A DNA stretch of 60,819 nt, filler included, from Sphacelaria rigidula (taxonomy: Eukaryota): assembly GCA_964200075.2 (NCBI GenBank). It is 10 parts of 10 records of this genome, joined end to end, with 100 filler letters (N's around TTAATTAATTAA, not from the genome) between each part and the next. Parts side by side here need not be neighbours in the genome. Positions count along the whole stretch, not along the records: positions 6,093 to 12,084 come from CAXNAA020022959.1; positions 12,185 to 18,176 come from CAXNAA020022960.1; positions 18,277 to 24,268 come from CAXNAA020022961.1; 7 more parts are not named here. One strand, 5' to 3'. Shown here piece by piece: positions 11,598 to 23,372 of the stretch. The notes under the pieces were generated by a model that saw only the letters and a program-made list of their open reading frames with translations, made no database searches and was not told the DNA's origin. Position 1 is the stretch's first letter, and each line of letters opens with the position of its first letter. The position numbers were made by a program, and so were the translations under genes.

Positions 11598-11900
11598 TCA
11601 CTCATCACCAGGTATGGGTTCGCCTTCCAGTTGTTTTCGTGTTAAGCACCGATTAATTGATTTTTCCGGGGCCAATCCCTCCACCAAAGCCTTGGTAATT
11701 ACTGCAACCGGGTCGGGAATGAACTCACCATCGGGGGAACGATATACTAGTTCCACGTTCGGGTTTTCCGTGAAGTACTTCTCCAAATTTGACAGGATGG
11801 GCTCTACCCGCTGCAATATCGTCTTTCCCCGAGAGTCCATGGCGACAGCTTTCGCCACGGCCGCGGACGCTTGGGTCAACTCCACCTCGGCGCCCGCCAC
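11598..11900 (-). mobile_element. Gypsy gag fragment
   Basis: LEKYFTENPNVELVYRSPDGEFIPDPVAVITKALVEGLAP aligns by eye with the gag at 29.3-29.5 kb (MERCFAENLMVQAMYR...WLPGPV...LVDGISP). Confidence 0.6.
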
Positions 11901-12189
11901 AGGCCTAGCATGCTTTTTGATCGCCGCAACAAATTATTACAGCCGATCCTAATTTTTGGGGTTGAAACATAAAATGAGGCTGAAGTCCCATTTCTCCATT
12001 GCAGGGAAGATACGAAAGAGTAACGCAGAGCGGAAGTATCTCCCCCCCCAAAATTCCGCGAGAGACCGCGAGAGTAGGTCACCTNNNNNNNNNNNNNNNN
12101 NNNNNNNNNNNNNNNNNNNNNNNNNNNNTTAATTAATTAANNNNNNNNNNNNNNNNNNNNNNNNNNNNNNNNNNNNNNNNNNNNGGAAG

Positions 12190-12335
12190 GGTGCTCCGTC
12201 TCGAAAGGGATGCGTGGTCAATGGTCAAACGACTAAGGCAAGCAACACATGAGGACACCCCCCCCGTCGAAAGGGATGCGTGGTCAATCGTCAAACGACT
12301 AAGGTGAGTAAAAAATGAGTACGCCCCCCCCCCCA
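12190..12335 (+). repeat. High-copy ~65-bp dispersed repeat ending in poly-C (two tandem units here)
   Basis: CGAAAGGGATGCGTGGTCAATGGTCAAACGACTAAGGCAAGCAACAAATGAGTACGCCCCC; full or partial copies at ~20-63, 15005-15046, 19375-19530 and 23750-23810. Confidence 0.85.
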
Positions 12336-13299
12336 TCCACCACAAACACGCAGGATACTGTGCAACGTCTTGTGCCACTGTATGATATTCATTGCTCCAT
12401 GCCATCGCTTTACCTCGGATGGTGTGTGGTCGCGTAAACTTGTACACTGCGCCGGGATATTTCTTCCATTTTTTCGCTAACCCTGCGGATGTCCCCCCGC
12501 CAGAATCGACGTCCGACGGGCCAGTATCGGGTGTGGCGCGCAGTGGGTTCGGAAATTTTCGACCCTGACGACAAAAGTTGCAGAAGGTAGGGAAAAATCC
12601 ACAAAAACGGAGAGAAACACAGAAGAAAATCTTCTCTTCGGTATTCGAATCAGACGAACACCCGTCCAGCGGGACATATCCTGGAGCATGACTCGGAGAA
12701 TTAAACTGGGTTAGACGACGCACATGACGGTTTCGAGCAGTCGCCTTTTCAAACCCAGAAATGAGCAGAAGAAAAAAGTAAGAATGGAAGGCGGGGGTGT
12801 AGCAGGTCCAATAAAAATGTATGCTTCTGCAGAAAAAATTGTGACAAAAAAATGGAAATATCTTGTCAAAGGGGGCACTTCCCCTGGCCACAGACTCCAC
12901 CGAGGATTGCACACCCTTGTCACACGAATAAGCTGCTTCATAGACGGCGAGAGGGTCAGTCGGGAGCGTGTGCGGGAAAAAGCCAAATCGTCAAAATGCT
13001 GCACCTACGCTTGCTGTCTCCCTGCTCGTGTCCCCGGGCACGTTTGCTCACCTCATCTCTCCTAGCTTGAAAAGGGGTTGATTTATAGCGTCCAAAATAG
13101 GCGGTCCGTCGCCGTTTTCCGGTGCAGGTCAGCCCGTCACTCCGACGCACCAAAGCCGTCGCGCGGAGAGACGCATGACACCCTGCCCACGGGCACGGGG
13201 CGAGCCGAGGGGGGTGCGTGGGGCGACGTGCCGTCACTGGACGGGACGAGATAACATGAACCGGGAATCTTCAACTCAGCAGCCAGGGAGTAGTACTGT

Positions 13300-13785
13300 A
13301 GAGCACTCTTGATTTGCTTGCCAGTGCTACATAAAACCGAGGCAGATAGGATGACTCCGAACTGGGACGAACTCTACTGCAAGAAGGGGGCCGAAAACAA
13401 GCAGTTAAACAAATCCACAAATGTCGCATCTCGCTGGGCTGTGATCCTCCAAATGATGACGTGCGTGCGGATGGGTGACGGCAGGCCTTCCACACTTCTT
13501 TGATTTTTTTTCATCTCCCACAGATGAGCGTTCGTGCCCCGTACACATGGTCGGATCTTTCAGGACTTTGCGCCAACCAACAGCAGGCCACCATTTCTTG
13601 GTCGTTGGGCTTTTCGATCTTTTCGGCAGGGTGTAAATTGGCGAACGAAGTTATTCAAGTACATATTGGCGTGTCCACTGCGGAGGCCGCAGCATGGTCA
13701 TCACTGAACAAAACAGGCATGCGGGTGTACGTCAAAGAACATACAGGGTACGCACGTGAACAAAAAAAAGGCCCGGTATAACTTT
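13300..13785 (+). pseudogene. Possible hAT-type transposase C-terminal remnant
   Basis: Broken reading frames include KLANEVIQVHIGVSTAEAAAWSSL, loosely like the hAT dimerisation motif (LA..vL..p.ss...ER.(F/W)S). Weak. Confidence 0.25.
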
Positions 13786-15259
13786 TTTGATGGGAGTCAG
13801 ATACACCCGGCTGGTTTGTTGACAAAATAGGGTGCTTTGACAAGGTTTCCTTTTCCGCGTCCTGGTTCAGCCTGTTGCCGTGTGTCAAAAGAAGATAAGA
13901 GGCCGGGGATGCTGCCGAAGCAGCTGGGCGTGGAGCTGAGTCGCTGGAACGTGCTTTGGAGGTGCCCAGCCCGCGTGCAGCGCCGCGCTCCGAGCCGAAA
14001 TATGCTCCCCCTTTTCTCTGCCTACAGGCTGGGCCGCCTAAGAAGCGGACTTTCCTTCAGCCGGTTCTAGCTGACGATCTATCGCGAGCTGTGCCTACTA
14101 TGGCGCATCGTGTAAATCTGCAAATCAACGCGCGTCTTTCACTACATGTAGCACTGCGATTTGACAAGTTCCCATCAAACGAAAAACCAAACTGTAGTCA
14201 GCTGCGAAGTGTAGACAGTTGAGGGTGGCATGTGCGGCGGAATTAGGAAAAAAACCCGGCTGTAATCGCATTACGATTGCAGTCGGTTGTGCCGCGGCCT
14301 CAAAGTGATGGTGCTGCACTAGGTGTGGTTGTACAGCAATGCATGTTGTACTGTACGCGCGCACGGTCTGAGACGGCACGCAGGCGAGACCTCCAGCGCC
14401 CCAAGGCGTCGGGCTTGTAGAAAACGTCAAAGTTCTGGCTGAGTTTGTTGTGGTCTAAAAGCGGGTGAACCGGTTCTCCAGAGAAAAACGCGATTTCACT
14501 GCTCAACTTCAAGTCGTTTTCCATGAAAATTCGACACGATATGCATGGGGGTATACGTGAAGCCGCTACCGTTTGCCCTTCCTGTTTTTTCCTCGTAAGT
14601 TATTGGTGATCTACACTTCGCAACAGTTTTTCCTGGTAAAAAAGCGTCGACAAGTCATGGAAAAAAAAGTCAAGGGGGGACAATAGGGACTTCACAACAT
14701 AAGTCATGCGCATCGTGTCGAAATTTTGTGGAAAAAAACTCGAAATTGAACAGGGTAACCGCGTTTCATATTTTCGTGGCTGGTCCATCTCTACATAGAA
14801 CCAGTCTTCGACACGAACACGCGATTTTTTTTTTTGCAGCTTAATTTTGGTCCGTTTTCTATGAAATTTCGACACGATATACACGATGTATGTGCGAAGA
14901 CTCCATCTTCAGCCCCGTACACTTACTTTTTTCTCCGTGAGTTATCGGCGACCAAACATTTCAGAACAATTTATTTCGGAACAAAATCGTGAAAAACTCC
15001 CCCCAAACGACTAAGGCAAGCAACAAATGAGTACGCCCCCCCCCCCAAAAAAAATATATATAGGGGGGTGAAGATGGAGTCTTTGTACATACGTCGTGTA
15101 CATTGTGTGAAAATTTCATAGAAAATGACCCTCAATGGATCTGCTAAATGGCGTGTTTACACCCCTGTCCGCGTCTTGGGCGGCCCAGCCTGTATTCCTG
15201 AAAAATCCAAGGCTCTACACGTTGCACTCGGTACCTCTCACGTCGTGCCATGTTTAAGG

Positions 15260-15388
15260 CAAAAGTTAAGCCAGGCTAGTACTAAGGTGGGGGATGCGGA
15301 CCACGTGGGGAGTCCTGCTCAGTAGTCAAGTCAAATCAGGGCTTCCCACGTGGTTCCTCACAGTAGTAATAGCCTGACTTAACTTTTG
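15260..15388. repeat. ~129-nt foldback hairpin (MITE or pre-miRNA-like)
   Basis: Outer arms CAAAAGTTAAGCCAGGCTAGTACTA / TAGTAATAGCCTGACTTAACTTTTG; inner arms GGACCACGTGGGGAGTCCTG / CAGGGCTTCCCACGTGGTTC. Confidence 0.75.
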
Positions 15389-15637
15389 ATGACATTTGAC
15401 GTGAAACATGAACATAAGGCGTGTAACGTGTTGACACTTCCAAAAATCAAGGTTGATTTTTTTTTGTCAAGCCGGGGTGCTATACCCCGTCATCTTACCT
15501 ACGTAGCAGAAAGTGACTGCCGGTGACGAATCCAATGCTACACTTGTATATGATTCATGTACTGTACTGTCTTGTAATGATCGAGGAAAATACGCGAGTG
15601 AAACCGCGCTACGCACAAGCTGTCGGTACAAACTCAC

Positions 15638-15697
15638 CCCGTCCATCAGGCCCTCCCGTACAGTGCTCATGAGGCGACGACAGAGATCTGAATTTGG
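15638..15697 (-). CDS. Probable second exon of the same gene
   Basis: TTTGCAG acceptor and GTGAGT donor; 60 nt, phase 1-1; open in the frame set by exon 1 (AKFRSLSSPHEHCTGGPDGR). Confidence 0.4.
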
Positions 15698-15804
15698 CTG
15701 CAAACTGCAATCTTTTTCTGCATTTGACTACAGCCTTCTACAACGAATCATAAGTTTCGAGTTGAGGTTGACTCGAAATCCTAAGAGGTTCAGGAAATGC
15801 CTAC

Positions 15805-15922
15805 CGGAAATTGCGGCGAAACTTGTTGCCGTGGGCGCAAATGCGGCAGCAGGTTCTACTGCAACGAGAACAGCCACAGTTAAGACTGCTCCCAGCACGT
15901 GACATCCTCCTGAGCACACCAT
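15805..15922 (-). CDS. Probable first exon of a nuclear-encoded plastid-targeted protein
   Basis: ATG-initiated MVCSGGCHVLGAVLTVAVLVAVEPAAA-FAPTATSFAAIS: hydrophobic signal peptide, ASAFAP-type cleavage motif, then Ser/Thr/Ala-rich transit start; ends at G|GTAGG donor (phase 1). Confidence 0.55.
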
Positions 15923-16760
15923 CGAACAGTACGTTTGTGCAAGGTGAGAGATTACTGTACAGTTGCTCCTTTCATGATCAACTCTCGCCTACGCTATATG
16001 TCCTCATCTATGAAATAAAAATGAATGTCCAACAACAAAAATCTGGTATTCCCGCACCATACACGTCTGGGTTCGGTGTTTTCTTTTTCTCAAAGTGGTG
16101 AAGCCCTCTTGCGAATAAATGATATTTTTTCAGTTCTACATGATACTGTGTGCTATGCATTCGCTGTTGACTCTATTGCCTTCCCATCACGGGTCTGAAC
16201 GATGGAGAAAATATACCATTGAAAAATAGCAGCACATGTACTGCCTGTGTATCCCATTGCGTTCTCTTCTCGAAAACATCACCCCCGTCTCATCGTACCT
16301 TGATGAGCGAAGCCATGGCCAATTCGGACAGCGTCGAGTCATGGTAAGCGATTATCAGTTTGTGCTAGATCCGCACAAAAGCCGGTGTATCTTGTCAACG
16401 CTTGCTCATGTTTCCTTGCAGCATTTCCTTGTGTCGCTGACTGTGTCTGTTCTGCTCTTGCTGTCCTGGGTGTTGTCTAAAAAATGTATAGGCATTGCTA
16501 TACTGTACAGGGAATCACTATTTCTCGACGACCACCACTGCACTGTGCTGTCTGTACAGATCAACAGTACAGAAAGGACAGATCCAGACAGCGGTAGAGG
16601 ACAGGCAGTAGATGGACCTATATTCAGCGCGGTACCCTCAATCCGCACGCTTTAGTGCATAATGATCCCTCCAGAGAGAACCATGCTACTAACTGCACAG
16701 CTATGTCTGTACGCGAAGAACTTTTCGGGTTAGGCCGCTTCTTACTAGAGGTACGGTACT

Positions 16761-16962
16761 GTATCTCAAACTTGGTTCCCGGTTCCCTGTTTTTTTCGCT
16801 GGATCTGGATTTTGTACTATCTTTTCAACTGAAAATGATGGCGATTCATGGGAGGAGCTGACCTGGCGGTTGAAGGTCGCATCAGCTGATGAATCGCCAT
16901 GACCTTAACCTGAAAAAATAGAACTAAACAAACCAGGAAACCCGGAACCGAGTTTGAGATAC
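16761..16962. mobile_element. MITE/foldback element
   Basis: GTATCTCAAACTTGGTTCC..GGTTCCCTG pairs with CAGGAAACCCGGAACCGAGTTTGAGATAC; inner ATGGCGATTCAT/ATGAATCGCCAT pair. Confidence 0.7.
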
Positions 16963-17362
16963 CTATATTATGACCAAATATAAAATCCTGCACGTGAACG
17001 ACCTTTTCGGTCCTTCTGCGTCGTTTTGCGCGCTGGAAAGGGACTACGAGTACGCGGATGCCGACACTTGAAATAACTTGCTACACTCGTTGAGACGACT
17101 CCAGGACACCTTTGGGATTTCTGGTGGCCGCCGTTCCTTCATGCGCAAACTTGGCATTTTTGTCCAAGAACAGGCAACAACGGCGTTTGTGCAAGGAAAT
17201 GAAAATTTGAGTGAAAAACAACTGCGGCCACCCGAACACGCAAGGGTGTCCTCGAACCATCTCAACGAGTACCGCAACGCATACCAAGGCGTCGACGTCC
17301 GCCTGCTTCTCTTTGAAGCCGTACAGCGACAGAGAGGATCTAGAGTCAGTCTTTCGCCAGAA

Positions 17363-18176
17363 TAGAGACTTCCGGAAACTATTTTTTCGCCCTTCAGGAT
17401 CCGGACGAAAGGGACAAGAGGCTGTACACTAACGGCAGAAATTCCATCTTGACGAAAACTTCAGGATTAACGTTTCAGGATCGAAGCCCGATTTTGAACC
17501 CTCTTTCCCCACATCCTGAAATGCCCCTCCGGAGCTCAGGATGAAACGAAGAGGAGTGAATCACCACCGCTTCCACCACCTCTTCCAGTCGGTTCACCAT
17601 CAATACACCCCAGGAAGAAAAATGGGATATTCATCACACGTGTCATCCTCATCACAAAGCGCCAGTCACGAAGTAGTAACACTTGACATCGCAGGACGGG
17701 GACCTGTCTCTACCGCCATGGTACAGCATTCGCTTGGTTGTGTTGCGTGAAGTTTCAATGCTCGGTGCGCACACGACCTTGCCAGGGCACAGCTCCTCAC
17801 TGCAGTCAGCCTCAGCTGGAAGAAGACGATGTGAACGGTTCGCACTCTACCGCTCAGAAGCGATGCTGAACCTGACAACAGCGCTGCCATTCCGTTACAG
17901 GTCTTGACATTTTCCACCCACCATTGTGCGCGGCATGTTGCAAAATCGTTGTCATGCCACTTCTTTTTTTTTTCCGGAGTACTCTCTGTATTGCAGACTC
18001 GCTACTACTGTGCAGTGCTGTGCCGACTCATATATTTTCGAATCGGGTGGTTGATCGTACATTCGATGGGGTAACCTGCGGCCAATTACTGCGAACAATG
18101 AAGTAACGTCAGGGTCAGATGAAGACCGAAAGTTTCATCCAACCTATCTTCAGGTACAAACTGTCTGTACTATAAT
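17363..18176. mobile_element. Truncated copy of a non-autonomous TIR element related to 41103-42199
   Basis: Starts TAGAGACTTCCGGAAA (cf. TAGAGAGTTTCGGAAA); subterminal TTCAGGAT motifs; internal blocks CGCCATGGTA..CAGCATTCGC.TGGTTGTGTTGCGTGAA and CAGCCTCAGCTG.AAGAAGAC are shared with 41.45-41.58 kb. Confidence 0.65.
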
Positions 18177-19032
18177 NNNNNNNNNNNNNNNNNNNNNNNN
18201 NNNNNNNNNNNNNNNNNNNNTTAATTAATTAANNNNNNNNNNNNNNNNNNNNNNNNNNNNNNNNNNNNNNNNNNNNCCCCCCCCAAGTTTTTCGACTATG
18301 TTTGGCATCACTTCCTTTATTTTCTTCTTTCTCTCGTTTGTTTTTCAGTTCATCTGTTTCTTATCTGTTTCTTTCTCTATTTCATCTTCCCCCTTTGGCG
18401 AGTGGTTCTTTTTTGTTTGCCGTGGATATTTATGCCCATCCTGTGACTACGTTTGGATTCCTCGGCGATGAGTTGATGAGCGACTGTCAACCAAACAGCA
18501 ATACCTATTCGTGATACTCAAGCCCCCGGGCGATGACTTTTCGAATCTCAACAACCAATCACCGAGGTTGTGTTGTACGCCGTATCGTATGATATCACCT
18601 TGTTTTTCTCACCATACTTTACTGTGCTAGAGTTTCTCACATTCCACATTAGCCACTTGGTTCAGGTCCGCGGTTGAACGATTGACGGTCCCGAAGGCGG
18701 GAAGCACCGGGAAAATATGACGTGTACACCTTGCAGTAGCCACGCAGTAGCAGGTGCCACCCTTAACTCGAGGAGGAGGCTTGGGTATGAGAGGAGTGGA
18801 ACAAACAGGGATTCAACGCGCAGTCTCTTGGGAGAGGCGGCTCCCTGCTCCCCGCTCCCCGCTCCACCCCCGGTACCTTAGACGGTAGCGAGAAACGATG
18901 GCTATGCTTGGAGTAGATTATGGCCACACACGCGAAAGAGGAAGGCGATGAGATATTTGAAAGGTTTCCGTGTTATCTATGGAAGAAACGTAGTGAGCGC
19001 CCGAATGGTGTGGGTGTCTCTATCAGGGAGGC

Positions 19033-19350
19033 TAGTTTACGGGCGACGGGCTACAAATATCCATGATTGACACAATTTTACAGGTATCGCGACCCCTAGT
19101 AACCCTGACCCCAACCCATTGCATACCGAGAACCCTCGGGCAAGGGCGATACATACATTCCCCAGGCAAAGTGCGGCCTTGGTAGACCCCAATTCGGCGC
19201 CTGTGGGGCAGATTTCAACAGAAACGCGTTCTGCGCACGCGAGGAGCAAACGGGACTGTCAGTCCTACTAAAGATCCGATTCCCACTGTACAAACTCAAA
19301 TCAAGTAAAATTAACCATGAACATTTGTAGCCCAACGCCGGTAAACTCTA
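19033..19350. mobile_element. MITE with imperfect TIRs
   Basis: GTTTACGGGCGACGGGCTACAAATATCCATG pairs with CATGAACATTTGTAGCCCAACGCCGGTAAAC; interior has CCCTAG/CCCTGA/CCCCAA hexamers. Confidence 0.65.
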
Positions 19351-20104
19351 CTCTTTTAGGAGAAGAAACGGTGCTCCATCTCGAAAGGGATGCGTGGTCA
19401 GTGATCAAATGACAAAGGCAGGAGACAAATGAGTACGCCCTCCTCCCCCACGGTATGCTCCGTCTCGCAAGGTATGCGTGGTCAATGGTCAAACGACGAA
19501 GGCGTGCAACAATTGAGTGCCCTCCCCTCCCCCCCAGTACCCCGTTCTGATGGAATTTCCCGATACACATATCTCGGGTGGAAATCCCCACACGGTAGCG
19601 TGAAGTATGTTGGGACAAGGTGATTTCGTGTTGCGACCGAACCCTCACCGACTTTGTAATTTTGGGGAGAAGTGGCGAAGGGTGTTGAGAGATGAGAATT
19701 GAGCGACAATATATGTTCTGTTTACGGGATGAATTTGATATATACATTATTAATTCATCTTGACATTTGCTCGATGGTTGGTGCATCGGCACATACGAGT
19801 CCGGTGATAGTTTTTTTTATGTTTTTTGTTTTGCTTTGCTTTGTTTTGTTTTGTTTTGTTTTTGCTGTACCTTGTCATTAATCAGACTTGATCGATCTAT
19901 TCCGATCTCATCGCCGATTTTGGTGCTGTGCAGTCGTCACTTGAGACTACCTGGTGGAATTGTCCTATTTTTACTAGATGAATGGAACCCTGTAGCCGAC
20001 GATCTCGAAGAATGGAACGAGTTAAAAAATAGTATACGATAGGTTGCACAAGGTATCACACTCGTCCGAGTGATGACATTTCACACTTCGGCCGTGAAAA
20101 ATTG

Positions 20105-20308
20105 CAAGGGCAGGTCGAGTAGAGTACACTCGATTGCGGGGAATTTTGAAAAACGTACTTGAGGTACTCAAATTAGGGTAGAGTGTTAGGAGTCGTCCCC
20201 CCCAAAAACTGGAAAGCGATGCCCTGAAACCCTACCCCAATTTGTATACTTTTAGTATGACTTTTAAAATACTCCGCAATGGAGTATACTCTACTCGACC
20301 TGCCCTTG
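20105..20308. mobile_element. MITE/foldback element
   Basis: CAAGGGCAGGTCGAGTAGAGTACACTC / GAGTATACTCTACTCGACCTGCCCTTG arms, with imperfect pairing continuing inward (AAATTAGGGTAG / CTACCCCAATTT). Confidence 0.75.
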
Positions 20309-20899
20309 AAAAAGTCACACTGGTGTGATGTTGTGTATGGGGTGTGATATCTCCTGTCACCTTAACCCATGCGTTTTGAAAGAAAAAAAGGTAGCATTCG
20401 GGATTAAAAAAAGTAATAGCACACGGGTGTTGTACGGTGTCGTTTAATTTTTCAGAGGGGGTGTGATATCTTATGAAGGTGTGATATCCCACGCAAACCT
20501 ACCGCATATCATCTCAATACCGCTCTTCACAATGGGTGTAACACGGGAAATCTTTCCATGCACTTTTCCCGTTTCCCACCTGCAAAAAGGAGGGGGGGGG
20601 GGGAGAAAGACCGTTTCACGATCAATGGTTGGGAGCCCACATCTAAATTCCATATCCCATCTACCTTTTTTTCTTTCCTTCTGTTTTTTTTCTTTTCTTC
20701 AGGGAGTCTTTCAGTTTTGTTGTGTCTTGGGTACGTCTATCATGCGACCACGGCTGATCCCCGGGGAGGGTCAGTTAAAGTGCGACAATCAATAAAAAAT
20801 CATGAATAAATAAAAACATCACACCGTGTCATGCCGTGACATGCCAGCGGCGCAAGCACCCGATAACATGATCACCCGCCAACACCAGCAGCAGGACGA

Positions 20900-21150
20900 C
20901 ATGTACTGGTGTTTTTTTTTCCGAGGTATCGGATTTCCTTCGAAGAAGCGCGAGTACGTGAGTAGACGACAAAGTATGGTCGACTGAGTTTGTTTGATGA
21001 GAGTTGACGCGCCGTGCGGGGAGTGTAAGCCATGATCCAAATCCGCGAGACCAAAATGTAAGGAGGCGTGTACCGGGGAGAGACGGGTTGATCCCTTGAG
21101 ACCACGGACTCGTTTCGAGGAAGGGGAGGGGTTTGAAGTTTGACAAAAAA
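20900..21150 (+). mobile_element. 5'-truncated SINE family A copy
   Basis: Reverse-complement match to the 1352-1560 body (GTTGACGCG..GATCCCTTGAGACCACGGACTC..GGGGTTTGAA) with an A-rich end. Confidence 0.7.
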
Positions 21151-21616
21151 AGAAGTAGAATAAATAGTACAATGGTGGGGAGTCTGATGGCCATGATGTG
21201 TGTGTGTGTGAAGTATTGAGCCCATGAATTCCTCAAACTGCATTAAAACAAGCCAGCAGTGCTGAGTTGTTTCGAGGTTGTTGCTCACTTTTCCAAAATT
21301 GGAAGTAAAACGAACAACATGATGGGAAAATAAATATATAAAGCATACACGTTTCCAAAAAATAAAACAATAAAAGGAGAAGAAAATGACCTTTTCATTG
21401 TCGTTGTGAACAAAGAACGCCTCCATATTTTTCATTTCCTCATGACGATAAAGACACTACTGTAGCCGTTGGACTTTCCCGTGATTCTCCCGAGAAGCGT
21501 TTCGTTTTTATCCCATAGTCTACTCGCTGTGAAACGAGAACTCGAGATTCACGCAGCGTGTTTGCGGGTGCGTGTGTGTGTGTGTGTGTGTGTGTTTTTT
21601 TTCCCTTTCTGGCCAG

Positions 21617-21754
21617 GAGTCGGCGACGAGATACGTCCGCAATGCGACGCTGGCGTGGCAAGACGAGTTCGACGGAGTTCAGTTGGACGAGGCATCGCAA
21701 GAGGCGGCTGGGGAGGGCGTCATGGGGGTAGAATACTGGTGGCAGCATGAGGAG
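21617..21754 (+). CDS. Exon of a probable GH16-family glycoside hydrolase (beta-1,3-glucanase-like)
   Basis: (TG)n and pyrimidine tract + CAG acceptor, GTGTGT donor; 138 nt, phase 0-0. ESATRYVRNATLAWQDEFDGVQLDEASQEAAGEGVMGVEYWWQHEE contains the LxWxDEFDGxxLD...W N-terminal motif of GH16 laminarinases. The catalytic EIDxxE motif is not in the contig. Confidence 0.6.
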
Positions 21755-21777
21755 GTGTGTTTTTTTTTCTCTCTTGT

Positions 21778-21937
21778 TTTTCCCCTTGTGTAGAGAGCAC
21801 GTTCCTGACTTTCCTGGGGATCCGTTTTTTTTTTTTACTCCTACGTGGAGAACGCGATCCTGACTCTCCTGGGGATTCGTCCTTCTGTTTTTTTTCCTTG
21901 CGTGGAAAGCACGTTCCTGACTTTCCTGAGGATCCGT
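21778..21937. repeat. Three ~55-60-bp tandem units
   Basis: CGT(G/A)GA.AGCACGTTCCTGACTTTCCTG(G/A)GGATCCGT-like unit occurs three times, separated by T runs. Confidence 0.7.
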
Positions 21938-22271
21938 GATTCCGGCCCCCTAGATGGCACTTACGATCAGTTATTTCCTACCACTAGTTGCTTACTGTCT
22001 AGTCCCAAGCTAAAGGCACGATTTCCAAGACTTGCACGTTGTGTGTTCTCCGCAATACTGCAGTGCATCCACAAACCTTGGCTGTACAGCCAGAGCATAA
22101 GCACAGCGCCCGCCGTAGCCAGTGTAGTCTGTCTCTCTGTGGGAGAACAGTACTCTCATTTGCTCCATTATGAATATATATGTATATGAGAGGGGTGTGT
22201 TAGGTACGGTGAATACCAGGGTTTTATTTTATTTTATTTTATGATGTTTTATTTTATTTCATTTGTCACAC

Positions 22272-22757
22272 TTTGAATCCCTCCCCTTCCTCGGGAGGAG
22301 TCCGTGGTCTAAAGGGATCAACCCACCTCTCTCCGGTATATATACGCCTTGCATTTTGATCTCGCAGATTGGATCATGATCAACACTCCCGCACCGCGTC
22401 AACTCTCATAAAAAAACAAACTCAATGATCTGCTTTTTGTTTACTATCAGACGCACGCTTTCGACGGTGTAGGTCATATACTGCGAGTAAACAACACAAC
22501 GCATTGGGGTTCAGCCTTTTGTGTCGCATAATTTGCATAACTTGTACGTTCTTGTTTTCGGTCTTCCACACTTGATCAAGTAATTGTAACGCCTCGGCGG
22601 GGTTTCCGCTTAAAAATGTCCCCCCTTTTGAATAAGTCGCATAATTATTTTAGGAAACAAAACGCATGAGAAACAAGAGCCTATCGGGATTCGAACGGAC
22701 GTTCTCCTCACCCTAATGGTGACAGTCGAACCATTTTAATTTACCCCACCGGAGCGC
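22272..22757 (-). mobile_element. SINE family A copy, interrupted by a ~170-bp insertion
   Basis: Body 22272-22505 matches 1352-1575; a tRNA-like head (…GGGATTCGAAC…CACCCTAATGGTGACAGTCG…CCACCGGAGCG) reappears at 22683-22757. Confidence 0.7.
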
Positions 22758-23372
22758 GGTTACTTACGAAGTGCAGAAGTATACCAGTCGCATCAACAGT
22801 ACAGCTGCACATTATGTACTTATTATACATCCCTTTTTCAGTCAGTACAGAAGTTTATGTTTTGTTGTTCAGTGTCTCAAAAAAGTATAACTTTGGTCAT
22901 GTTTCATACATTTTTCTCCCCGTCAGAGAAGCTAACGTTCGTGGAATCCGACCCCCACAGCTGGCGCATCAAACCTGCACACTAGAATTTTCCCGTAGAC
23001 AACCTTTCAGCATACTTGTGCGCTTTCTTGTTTGTTTATTTTATTTTATTTTATTTTTTTCTTTTCTATTTATTTTCTTTTCTTCTTTTCCCTTCTTCGT
23101 GTACCCTGTTTTGTCTGTTCTACCTCCTCTGCTATTCTTTCATGTTTCTTCAGCGGGTGTTTTTTAGTATAATTTTGTCTCGGGTACATCGATCATGTGA
23201 CCACAGCTGAATCCCTGCGGAATCAATCATTATGCGACAATCAATCAAAACCAAAATTAAAATCAAGATCAAAATCGATTTCACAGTTTTGCCATAGATG
23301 CATCAAACTCGTTTTTTTTTTTTTTCTCCTTCAGCTTTTTTGTCAGCAAAAATGATCGAATGGCAAGCACGC

